NCBI GenBank assembly: GCA_044376115.1
Contig: JBILLK010000016.1
Location: 128,001-192,000, forward strand
Source: Polyangiaceae bacterium
Lineage (GTDB): Bacteria > Myxococcota_A > Polyangia > Polyangiales > Polyangiaceae
DNA: 64,000 nt
Direction: 5' to 3'
The translations under genes and the position numbers were made by a program. The notes beneath the pieces are model-generated. The model did no database searches. It saw nothing but the letters and a program-made list of their open reading frames with translations, and was not told where the DNA came from. Within the stretch, counting starts at the first letter, position 1. Each line of letters begins with the position of its first letter. Positions 51,765 through 60,082 of the stretch are shown here, in pieces.

Positions 51765-52328
51765 ATGCTTCGCCTGCGCTCGCTGCTCCTGCTTATCGCG
51801 CCTCTCTACCTCGCCGCGTGCGGCGGTAATGTCGTATTCGTCGAGGAGGGGCCGCAGCAGGAGGGGGAAACACAGGAAGATCCGGTGGTCCCGGTGGAGG
51901 TGCCCACGCCGGAGCGCGTCTTTTATGCCGACGGTGCGTGCGTGGCGGAGGTCGCCACCAGCGGCACGCAGCCCTTGTTCGAGGACCTGCAATCGGGCGA
52001 GCGGCGCCTGGTGGTGGAGACCTTCCTCGTACGCGAGTGCAGCGGCGCTGGCGGTGATTACGTATTAGCGCGCGAGCTAACCGGCAGTCGCTCCTATTGG
52101 TTGGGGGACCATACCTGTTATTTCCTCGGCAACGGCGAGCTGCCCACCACAACCTCCTACGGCGTCATCCGGGTCACCCAGACCGCCGCGCTCTCCAGTG
52201 TCCCCACCGGCTGGTGCATCGGCTTCCCCGGCGAAGACGGCCTCAGCTCCGATTCCAACGTCACCGCCGTCGCGCTGTTCGCCTCGCTCGAGGAGGCGCA
52301 AGCGTACCTCGACAGCCTCGAGCCGTAG
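51765..52328 (+). CDS. Hypothetical lipoprotein
   Basis: LAACGG lipobox; four Cys in the mature domain. Confidence 0.7.
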   Translation: MLRLRSLLLLIAPLYLAACGGNVVFVEEGPQQEGETQEDPVVPVEVPTPERVFYADGACVAEVATSGTQPLFEDLQSGERRLVVETFLVRECSGAGGDYVLARELTGSRSYWLGDHTCYFLGNGELPTTTSYGVIRVTQTAALSSVPTGWCIGFPGEDGLSSDSNVTAVALFASLEEAQAYLDSLEP

Positions 52329-52363
52329 CGCGGCAGTTTCGGCCAACCCGCTAGGACCGCCGC

Positions 52364-52648
52364 GGAGCGAGTGCCCCATCGTGGAGCGAGTGCCGCATCG
52401 CGCGAGCGACCTCCGTCGCATGGAGTGACATTGGGGGCGGCGATGGTTTATCGCACCGGCCAATGTCGCTCCGGCGGTCCGGGGTTGGCCGTTGAAGCGC
52501 GCTTTCCGCGTCTTTCGAGGCGAGCCGCGCGCGGGGTTTGCGGCGCCAAGCGTGATCTGTGCGGCGTACTCACCGCCCTATCCGTCGCATGGAGCGACAT
52601 TGGGGGCGCCGATGGTTTATCGGGCCGGCCAATGTCGCTCCGGCGGTC
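52364..52648. repeat. Left REP-like cluster: short GGAGCGA-type tandem units plus two ~51-nt palindromes
   Basis: GGAG(T/C)GACATTGG...CCAATGTCGCTCC at 52422-52472 and 52591-52641, within a 68-bp direct repeat (52412-52479 and 52581-52648, 4 mismatches). Confidence 0.88.
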
Positions 52649-52783
52649 TGCAGCGGGAGCTCGAAGGGCCTTGGCCGCGCACTCCCGCGGCGGGGGTGGC
52701 GTCCGCCGGCCACAAGCTGGTGCGCGCCAGTCGTCTTGCGTACGAAAGGCCGGGATTCCTGTGCCTTTCGCGCATGCGCTCTT

Positions 52784-52799
52784 AGGCACCAGACTTGCG
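52784..52799 (+). promoter_or_regulatory. Candidate sigma54 promoter for the HUH gene
   Basis: AGGCAC-CAGAC-TTGC with exact GG-N10-GC spacing. Confidence 0.4.
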
Positions 52800-52811
52800 A
52801 AGCCGCTGCGC

Positions 52812-53630
52812 ATGAATGCGATGGCGTTTCACATCACCATGCGACCGAGCAGCGATACGTGGATAGCGGAGAGCACTGCGGCGCGTCGCCGGCTTGCGCG
52901 GCTATTCTACGCCTGCGGGAACACGCGCGGGCTGCTCGCGTTCCGTGCCGCGGATACGCACGTGCACGCGCTAGTCGCCGGGCCGCGAGAGGTCGCCGGG
53001 GAGTTTGCTCGCGCGGTCCAGATCGCGATGCGCCAAGCGCTGCGACTGCCGTATGCTTTCGAGCCGGCGCGCATACGCCCGGTGGAGACCTTCAAACATC
53101 TTCGCGCGGCGCTGAGCTATTTGCTGCGCCAAGCCGAGCACCACGGGCTCGGCGCGTTCGACCGGGAGCACGAAGCGAGCAGTCTGCTCGACCTGCTTGG
53201 GATGCGCTGCATCGACTCGCAGCCGACGAGCTTGCGGCTTTTCGCAGCGCTGCCACGCCTGTCGCGCGCCGATCTTTTCGACTTCCTCGGCGTGCCGTTG
53301 ACGGTTACGCCGGAGGCCCACCACTACTTGCTCGCGGCTCCGGCGGTCGTGGCGTTGCCCTCGCTCGCGCGGCTCGCGGCCGCTCGATCGGCGCGAAGTG
53401 CGCTGCTCACACTCCTGCGCGGCAAGCTGCCCATCACCGTCATTGCCAAGCGGCTGGCGATCGACAAGCGCACCTTGCACCGAGACCACGAGCCTCCGCC
53501 ACCGGCGCTCGTACGCGCGCTCGAGTTGCACGCGAGACTGCGCGCGTCGCTGGAGCGACCTGCATCGCTGGAGCGACCTGCATCGCTGGAGCGACCTGCG
53601 TCGCTGGAGCGACATTCGGCGGGCGGATAA
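52812..53630 (+). mobile_element. HUH/Y1 tyrosine transposase-like protein (RAYT/IS200-like) with a C-terminal HTH
   Basis: FHITMR, DTHVH (HUH), candidate catalytic Tyr in LSYLLRQ, HTH PITVIAKRLAIDKRTLHR; flanked by palindromes. Confidence 0.78.
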
Positions 53631-53846
53631 AGTATCGGACGCCCGAATGTCGCACCCCACGGTCTGCGCCGACGGTCCACGGCCCTGGTCCGTCGCCAAG
53701 CCTTGCCGCTAAGCCCGTCAAACACGCGCGCTTTCGGCCTAGTTTCGCCGCGGTAGCCACGTGCTGCTCCACGGTCTCTGCAGCCCTCTCCATCCGGAGC
53801 GACATTCGGGCGGTGGATGCCGTATCGAAGGCCCCAATGTCGCTCC
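53547..53846. repeat. Right REP-like cluster: 18-bp tandem x3.7 plus two ~51-nt palindromes
   Basis: TCGCTGGAGCGACCTGCA units 53547-53613; GGAGCGACATTCGG...AATGTCGC(A/T)CC at 53606-53656 and 53796-53846. Confidence 0.88.
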
Positions 53847-53951
53847 TTCGATGGGGACGGCGCCCCAGCGCTCTCCCCACGGCCGGCCGGACCCTCACGC
53901 TCCCCGCCCGCGCCCCGCGGCCGGCTGGACCCTCACGCTCCCCGCTGGCCC

Positions 53952-54176
53952 TCACTCTTGCAACAGCGACGTTGGCCCCGAGAGCCGCAACCGCACCGGG
54001 ATACCGTAGTAGGTCTTCGGTAGCTTCTTGGGCCGGCGCAGCGCAATCTCTACGAGCCGGGCCTGCGGCCCCGCGCCCTTCGACGCGGGGCGGACCTCGC
54101 TGGTTACGCCCATCACCAGCGGGTCTTCCAGCAGCCGCCGTTCGAGCTGCTGCTGGGCATATTCGAGCAGCTTCAC
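53952..54176 (-). CDS. Small protein resembling the NAL1-type protease N-terminal domain
   Basis: GTGA overlap with the protease stop; LP...G.PV....GP pattern. Confidence 0.65.
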   Translation of the reverse strand: MKLLEYAQQQLERRLLEDPLVMGVTSEVRPASKGAGPQARLVEIALRRPKKLPKTYYGIPVRLRLSGPTSLLQE

Positions 54177-55237
54177 GCGGGGCGAGTGGAGCCGTCTGGC
54201 GTTGGGCTGGCGCCGTCATTCGACGGTGGGGTCCAGCGGTTGGGGGAGATTTTAACGCGCAATAGGTTTTGCACGGTTTGAATGGGATTGACGATGGTGA
54301 GGTTCTTTTGCCCTTCGGTCGCCGCTAGCTGGGCGAACAAGAGGCCAATCGCCGAGCCGTCGCTTTGGCAGACCACCAGCGAGCCAGAGTCGCCCGGCTC
54401 CCCGATGTCGGTGGTCAGGATCTGATTGCGGAACAGCGCCATCCCGCCGCGGAACGGCACCTTCACGGTGGCGTTCATGTACACCACTTTGCCTTCCTTG
54501 TAGTGGGTCATCCCGCCGACTTTGCAGATCTCCAAGTTGACCGGAATGTCCTTGGTGCGGCGCCATGAAGTGAGATTGAGCCCGCGGGTTGAATAGTTAT
54601 CTTCGATGTAGCCGTTGGGGTTGTTGCTGTCGGGCGGGAGCACCTCGGCGATGGCCGCGTCCACCAGGTTGTTTTGGTCTTTGAGCGGCAGCGTCTCGGT
54701 GGTCTCCACCGGGATGAAGCGGGTCAGCCGCGCGATGGCGTCTCGCTCGATCAGCAGGCTGATCGCAGGCTGCACGATCATGTCTTTGGGTTTGGCTTTG
54801 CCCGAGCGCGCGAGCACATGGCAGTTGGAGAGTAGGTATTTGCGGTCCGCTCCCTCCACCACGCAGCCCAGCGTGCCTTGCAACCCGTCCTCATGGCTGA
54901 TGCGGCAGCCCCATGGCACCGGGCGCGGCAGCGGTTCAGTGTTGCTGAGCACGCGGGCGCGCCCCACCGGCGCCACATCTGTCTTCATCCCGGCTAAGCC
55001 CTCGGGCACGACGGCGTTTTTATGCACCAGGCCCTTGTGCCACTTCTCCTCGACCAGCACGACCACCGAGAGCTCGTCGGTGATGACGCCCCCTACCTTT
55101 TTATGCCCATATCCCCAGCCAAGGATCTCCGGCTCGACCTCCATCGCTCGGAAGATCCAATCCCCAACCTCCGGGTCGAACTTTGAGAATTGATGGTTTG
55201 CCCCTTCGAAGTCCTCGCTCTCGAACTTACTCCCCAT
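54173..55237 (-). CDS. NAL1-like trypsin serine protease, intact, no signal peptide
   Basis: N-domain GWGYGHK..VVVLVEEK..P..L.G..TDV; triad SNCHV / VDAAIA / GDSGS. Confidence 0.88.
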   Translation of the reverse strand: MGSKFESEDFEGANHQFSKFDPEVGDWIFRAMEVEPEILGWGYGHKKVGGVITDELSVVVLVEEKWHKGLVHKNAVVPEGLAGMKTDVAPVGRARVLSNTEPLPRPVPWGCRISHEDGLQGTLGCVVEGADRKYLLSNCHVLARSGKAKPKDMIVQPAISLLIERDAIARLTRFIPVETTETLPLKDQNNLVDAAIAEVLPPDSNNPNGYIEDNYSTRGLNLTSWRRTKDIPVNLEICKVGGMTHYKEGKVVYMNATVKVPFRGGMALFRNQILTTDIGEPGDSGSLVVCQSDGSAIGLLFAQLAATEGQKNLTIVNPIQTVQNLLRVKISPNRWTPPSNDGASPTPDGSTRPA

Positions 55238-55349
55238 GCGGCGGATGGAATCACGAGTGCCTCGCTTCGCGCTAATAAAAGAGGCAGAGCGCCAGCCACT
55301 GTTCGGGTTGCTCAGGCAAACGAACGCGGCCTATTCTCCGGCGCTGCCA

Positions 55350-55745
55350 ATGGAGCTACCGGCGGAAGCAATACGCACTCGAACCTGTGCCTTCTGGCGA
55401 GTCGGGCAGATGGTTCACACTCGTTTCCACGCTGGCGCTGAGGTGACGCTCGAGGACGCGCAGGCGAACATCGAGGTGACGGCCAAGCTCACCGGCGGCA
55501 GAGCGTTACCGGTGCTGGTGGATCTGCGTACGGTGCGCTCGCAGAGCGCTGAGGCGAGGTCTTTGTTCGCAGGCCCTGAGGGTCGGGCGGTGAGTTCGGC
55601 CGTTGCGCTCCTGCTCTCGAATCCGCTAAGCCGCGTCATGGGGAACTTCTACTTAGGCTTCAATCGCCCGCAGACCCCAACTCGGCTATTCACCTCGGAG
55701 GCAGAGGCAGAGGCCTGGCTCCTTACCTTCGCGCCGAACGAATGA
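55350..55745 (+). CDS. Small STAS/SpoIIAA-like protein coupled to the kinase
   Basis: PVLVDLR, AVALL, PTRLFTSEAEAEAWL; ATGA overlap with the kinase. Confidence 0.6.
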   Translation: MELPAEAIRTRTCAFWRVGQMVHTRFHAGAEVTLEDAQANIEVTAKLTGGRALPVLVDLRTVRSQSAEARSLFAGPEGRAVSSAVALLLSNPLSRVMGNFYLGFNRPQTPTRLFTSEAEAEAWLLTFAPNE

Positions 55746-57112
55746 GCACGGACCCCAACGCGAGAGCCGAAGAAGAGCGACGTCTGGCGGAGATCGTCAA
55801 TGTGGTCGTCGCGATCGCCAGCAACGATTTCTCGCAGCGCGCCAGCGTCGGGGATGGCCAGCATCTCTTGGACGGCTTGGCGGCGGGCATCAACATGTTG
55901 GCTGAGGAGGTAGGCCAGCAGTACCGGCGTGAACAAGCCTTTCGCGAGCGCCTGATTCGCTCAGCGCGGCTAGCCTCGCTGGGTCAATTGGCAGCGGGCG
56001 TCGCCCATGAGGTCAACAACCCGGCCGCCTTCGTCTTGGCGAATCTTCAGGCGATGGACCGGCTCTTGAGCTCGGTGGAGTCGGCCGCGGAGAGCTCGAC
56101 AATCCGCGAGGCCATGCAGCAAGCGCGCGAGCTCACGCGTGAGAACCTGGCTGGCGTTGAACGCATCGTGGGCATCGTGCGTGAGCTTGGTCCCTTCTCG
56201 CGGCTTGAGAAACACCGCCTAGAGGTATTGCAGGTGGATGAACTCGTTCGTGACGCCTGCAAGCTCGTCAACGCCGAACTCGTTTATCGCGCCCAACTGG
56301 TCATTGAACAACAGCCCGCCCTGCGCGTGCGTGGGGATCGGGCCAGGCTCATTCACGTCTTGACTAACCTGCTGCTCAACGCGGCGCACGCTATCCCGGA
56401 GGGCGCGCCGGAGCGGCATCAGGTGAGCGTCGTCCCTTCGCTGCGCCAGAGGCTGGTTTGCGTGGCCGTGCGCGATACCGGGTTAGGCATCTCAGCGGAG
56501 GATCAAGCGCGTCTGTTCGAGCCGTTCTTCAGCACCAAGTTCCGTGACGTGGGCGCCGGGCTCGGCTTGACTAGCTCCGCGGAGATCATGCGCCAACACG
56601 AGGGTGACCTGCGTCTCGTTCAAACCTCCGAGCGCGGCTCGGTGTTTGAGCTTTCACTGCCGCAAGAGGTCGCCGACCTAGCGGTCGTCCCAACGCCTCC
56701 TGCGCCTCCGCCTGCTCCCGCTCCTTCCCCCGCGGCCAAGTTGCGGGTGCTCCTGATCGATGATGAGGAGTCGCTGGTCAAGGCGTTCCATTTGTTGTTG
56801 AAGAATGAATATGAGCTTACTGTCGCGCTTGGCGGGCACGCCGGGCTCTCCATTTTAGAGGGGAATCGAGCGTGGGACGTGGTCGTCTGTGATCTGATGA
56901 TGCCCGACGTAGACGGCATCGCGATCCATGAGTGGGTGGTAGCCAATCAACCCGCGTTGGCTCAGCGTATGGTCTTTTGCTCGGGCGGCGCCTTCACCCC
57001 GCGTGGCCGCGAATTCGTGGCCACGATTGGGGAGCGCTTGTTGCAGAAGCCCGTTCGCCCGAGCGTACTGCGGGAGATGATTCAGCGCGTTGCCAGCGAC
57101 TCAGTGAAGTAG
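55742..57112 (+). CDS. Hybrid histidine kinase/receiver
   Basis: AHEVNNP, NLLLNA, DTGLG, FEPFFSTK, GLGL; receiver LIDD, CDLMMP, KP. Confidence 0.93.
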   Translation: MSTDPNARAEEERRLAEIVNVVVAIASNDFSQRASVGDGQHLLDGLAAGINMLAEEVGQQYRREQAFRERLIRSARLASLGQLAAGVAHEVNNPAAFVLANLQAMDRLLSSVESAAESSTIREAMQQARELTRENLAGVERIVGIVRELGPFSRLEKHRLEVLQVDELVRDACKLVNAELVYRAQLVIEQQPALRVRGDRARLIHVLTNLLLNAAHAIPEGAPERHQVSVVPSLRQRLVCVAVRDTGLGISAEDQARLFEPFFSTKFRDVGAGLGLTSSAEIMRQHEGDLRLVQTSERGSVFELSLPQEVADLAVVPTPPAPPPAPAPSPAAKLRVLLIDDEESLVKAFHLLLKNEYELTVALGGHAGLSILEGNRAWDVVVCDLMMPDVDGIAIHEWVVANQPALAQRMVFCSGGAFTPRGREFVATIGERLLQKPVRPSVLREMIQRVASDSVK

Positions 57113-57134
57113 CGCGCGAGCCGCAGCGCCCATT

Positions 57135-59993
57135 CTACGGCGTAGCGCCCGCCTCCGGCTTGAGCACCGCGAGGATGAACTCACCCGCTCGCAGATACTT
57201 CTTGGCGGCCCGCTGGGTGCGCTCGGAGCTAATTTTATCGATCATAGGCTGGGCGTTCGGAATCTCGCGCGGATCATCGCCAAAGGTGTAGGCCCGCTCG
57301 AGTTCGCGTAGCCAGAACCCGTTGTCTTTCAAGTCGGTCTCCTGGGCCCGCCGCCGCGTCTCTTTGATCTTGGCGATCATCTCCGCGGACACGCCGCTCT
57401 CCTGAATGGCCTTGATCTCATCGAACACGGCTTGTTTGAGCTTGTCCACGTTCTCTGGGGAACAGCCGAAGCTGACGCTGAATTGGTATTCGGCACGCGG
57501 GCGCCTGCGCAGTTGGCCGCCTACCTGGACCCCATACACGCCGCCCAGGTCTTCACGCAGGGTTTGGCGCAAGCGGTGCCGCAGGACCTCGGTCAGCATC
57601 CGGACGTCGTTCTCGCTATCCGCGGACCAGCTCTCAGCGCCGTGGAAGGTCAGGCTCACCATGCTCTTGGGCTCGGTGCCCTTCTCGATGACTTTGGTCT
57701 TTCCGCCTTTGAGCAAAGAGACCTTGATGTCGCGCCAGCTCTCCTTGCGCGCTCGGGTCTTCAAGCTACCGAGGTAGCGTTCGCTCAGGGACTTGAGTTT
57801 GTCGAGATCGACGTTGCCGACGAATAGGAAGGTAAAATCGGAGGCATCACTGAAACGGTCATTGTAGAAATCGAAGGCGCGGCCAAGGTCCACCTTCTCG
57901 ATCGTCTCGGGGGTAGTAGGCCTACGGCGCGGGTGGTCCTGCGTAGAGAAGCTGAGCAGCTCTTCTTGGAACAGCCGCTCCGGCGAGAGTCGCCGGTTCT
58001 TCGCCGCTTCGATCTCGCGGGTGCGCCAGGCTGCGAAGGCCTTCTCGTCTTTGCGCGGCGCGGTGAAGGATAGATACGTAAGTTGAAACAGCGTCTCCAG
58101 ATCGGCGCTGGCCGCGCTACCCGATAGCCCTTCCTCCAGTTCGGAGATGGTGGCCCGCAAGGAGACGACCTTGCCGGCCAGGGCTTTGCGCAACATCAAA
58201 GCGTCGAACGGGCCAACCCCGCCCAGCCCAACCACCTCATCGGCGAACTGCGCGGGAATGAAGTCGGCGTCCTTGACCTGTGAGGTACCACCAGGGGAAA
58301 AGGCCGAGAGCTTGATCTCGTCATTGGCGAAGTCGGTGGGCTTGACGATCACTCGCACGCCGTTCTCGAACGTCCACTCGGTGATGCCCAGCTCGCCAAT
58401 GGTTTTGGTCTTGCTGATTTTGCCGGGACTCGGCAAGTTCGCCATCAGCGGCTCGCTGGGCGCTGCATCCACGTAGGGGGCAAGTTCGCGCGCACGCACA
58501 CTCTTCTCAACGCCCAAGAGCGCCTGCTCGGTGGGTCGCAACATCGTCTTGGGGCCGGAGACATTGATGACCCGACTACCGAGCGAGGCCTCTTTGGCCA
58601 GCCCGTTCAGCTCCTCCAACTTGAAGCTGGGCAAGAAGCGTTGCGCCAACGCGAGCTCGGCCTCGCGCCCCGGCATGGCCTCATTCTCGAGAAAGTTGCG
58701 CACGATCTCTGCGGTGAATTCGCCCGAGTCGGTCTTGTCGCGTTCGGTGGCGGCCTCCTCGAATTGGCGCAACAGCTGCTTCTTGGCGCGCTCGAACTCG
58801 GAGGCGGTGAAGCCGTGTCGCTCCACGCGCACCGTCTCTTCGAGCAGAGCGGCGAGTCCGCGCTCCACGCCGTCTTCTTTGACCAAGGCGTTTTGGCGGA
58901 AGGCATCGATGGTTCGAACGAGGCCACCGGAGCCGGCGAAGGCGCCCAAAAACGGCGCGTTTGGATCGCGGCGTAGCTCCTCGAAGCGGGCGTTGAGCAT
59001 AATGCTGTAAAGCTGGTCTCCGATGCTGCGGCGATAGTCGCGCGCCGACGCTTCCGGCTTGTGCGGCACCTTGTTGACGATGGATACGCTGGTCGTCGGT
59101 AGCTCGCGGTCGCTCTCGATGCTGACCAGCGTCTCTGCGTGCGGCGGGACCTCAGCGTAAACGCGCGGGCGCGGCTTGGGCTCGGTGCGCCCAGGCATCG
59201 AGCCGAACTCAGCCTTGATGCTGGCCTCGATCGCCTTCGGGTCGAAGTCGCCCACGGCGATCACCGCCATCAAGTCGGGCCGGTACCAATCGCGGTAGTA
59301 GCGCATCAGCGTTTCACGCGAGGCGTTCTTGATGATCTCCGGCTTGCCGATGGTGATCCGCTCGGCGTACTTCGAGCCGTGAAAGACGACGGGCGCCTGC
59401 TTGTCGAATAGGCGCATACGCGCGCCTCGTCCGAGTCTCCACTCCTCCAGCACCACGCCGCGCTCCTTCTCCACCTCCTCGGCGTCGAAGCTGATGCCGT
59501 CGGCCCAGTCGCGAAGGACGCTCAGACCACGCGTTAGAAACGTCGGGTCGTCGGTCGGGAGTTGCAGCTTGTAGACCGTCTCATCGAACGACGTATAGGC
59601 GTTGAGGTCCGCACCAAAGCGCACGCCAGCCTTCTCGAGAAAGGCGATCAGCTCCTGCTTGGGAAAGCGCTTCGTCCCGTTGAAGCCCATATGCTCGACG
59701 AAGTGCGCGAGCCCGCGCTGATCCTCGTCCTCTAGCACCGAGCCGGCGTTGACGGCCAGCCACAGCTGGGCGCGCTGCTCGGGCTTCTTGTGCGGTAATA
59801 CATAATAGGTAAGGCCGTTATCGAGCGTGCCTTTGGTGATGCGCGCATCGAGTGGCAGTGGTTGGTCGAGCTCGTCGACCGTGACCACGGCTGGCGCGCT
59901 GCTGGTGGCGAGCTTCGGCTCGTCGGGCGGAACAGCGGGACCACAAGCGAGGGTGAGGGCGAGCAGGAGCGGCGCAACCAAAGAACGATGCAT
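57135..59993 (-). CDS. M16 (PqqL-like) zinc protease lipoprotein
   Basis: HFVEH (HxxEH), NAYTSFDET, ERGVVLEE, LREDLGGVY; LTLAC lipobox. Confidence 0.93.
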   Translation of the reverse strand: MHRSLVAPLLLALTLACGPAVPPDEPKLATSSAPAVVTVDELDQPLPLDARITKGTLDNGLTYYVLPHKKPEQRAQLWLAVNAGSVLEDEDQRGLAHFVEHMGFNGTKRFPKQELIAFLEKAGVRFGADLNAYTSFDETVYKLQLPTDDPTFLTRGLSVLRDWADGISFDAEEVEKERGVVLEEWRLGRGARMRLFDKQAPVVFHGSKYAERITIGKPEIIKNASRETLMRYYRDWYRPDLMAVIAVGDFDPKAIEASIKAEFGSMPGRTEPKPRPRVYAEVPPHAETLVSIESDRELPTTSVSIVNKVPHKPEASARDYRRSIGDQLYSIMLNARFEELRRDPNAPFLGAFAGSGGLVRTIDAFRQNALVKEDGVERGLAALLEETVRVERHGFTASEFERAKKQLLRQFEEAATERDKTDSGEFTAEIVRNFLENEAMPGREAELALAQRFLPSFKLEELNGLAKEASLGSRVINVSGPKTMLRPTEQALLGVEKSVRARELAPYVDAAPSEPLMANLPSPGKISKTKTIGELGITEWTFENGVRVIVKPTDFANDEIKLSAFSPGGTSQVKDADFIPAQFADEVVGLGGVGPFDALMLRKALAGKVVSLRATISELEEGLSGSAASADLETLFQLTYLSFTAPRKDEKAFAAWRTREIEAAKNRRLSPERLFQEELLSFSTQDHPRRRPTTPETIEKVDLGRAFDFYNDRFSDASDFTFLFVGNVDLDKLKSLSERYLGSLKTRARKESWRDIKVSLLKGGKTKVIEKGTEPKSMVSLTFHGAESWSADSENDVRMLTEVLRHRLRQTLREDLGGVYGVQVGGQLRRRPRAEYQFSVSFGCSPENVDKLKQAVFDEIKAIQESGVSAEMIAKIKETRRRAQETDLKDNGFWLRELERAYTFGDDPREIPNAQPMIDKISSERTQRAAKKYLRAGEFILAVLKPEAGATP

Positions 59994-60082
59994 GGCACCG
60001 GGGTAGCGCTAAACTCTCACTTTCGCACGTTGAAAAACGATGCAGGTCCGCTCGCTGAGCTCCGCCCGATCCCGGTTTGCGC

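Noticed and set aside
53547..53613. Palindromic tandem repeats as a CRISPR array
   Set aside because: Units are 18 bp with no unique spacers, and no cas genes are present
52812..53630. Canonical IS200/IS605 element
   Set aside because: No tnpB, longer protein with HTH, and multiple hairpins on both sides fit a REP-associated type better; not fully excluded
53952..54176. Small ORF as a ComX-like precursor peptide
   Set aside because: Contains no Trp and resembles the protease N-terminal domain instead
52559..54265. 568-aa plus-strand ORF
   Set aside because: Arg/Ala-rich shadow frame overlapping the HUH gene and repeats, with no motifs
50713..55237. Protease paralogs as a DGR template/variable pair or an invertible segment
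   Set aside because: No reverse transcriptase or invertase; divergence is general, not adenine-specific
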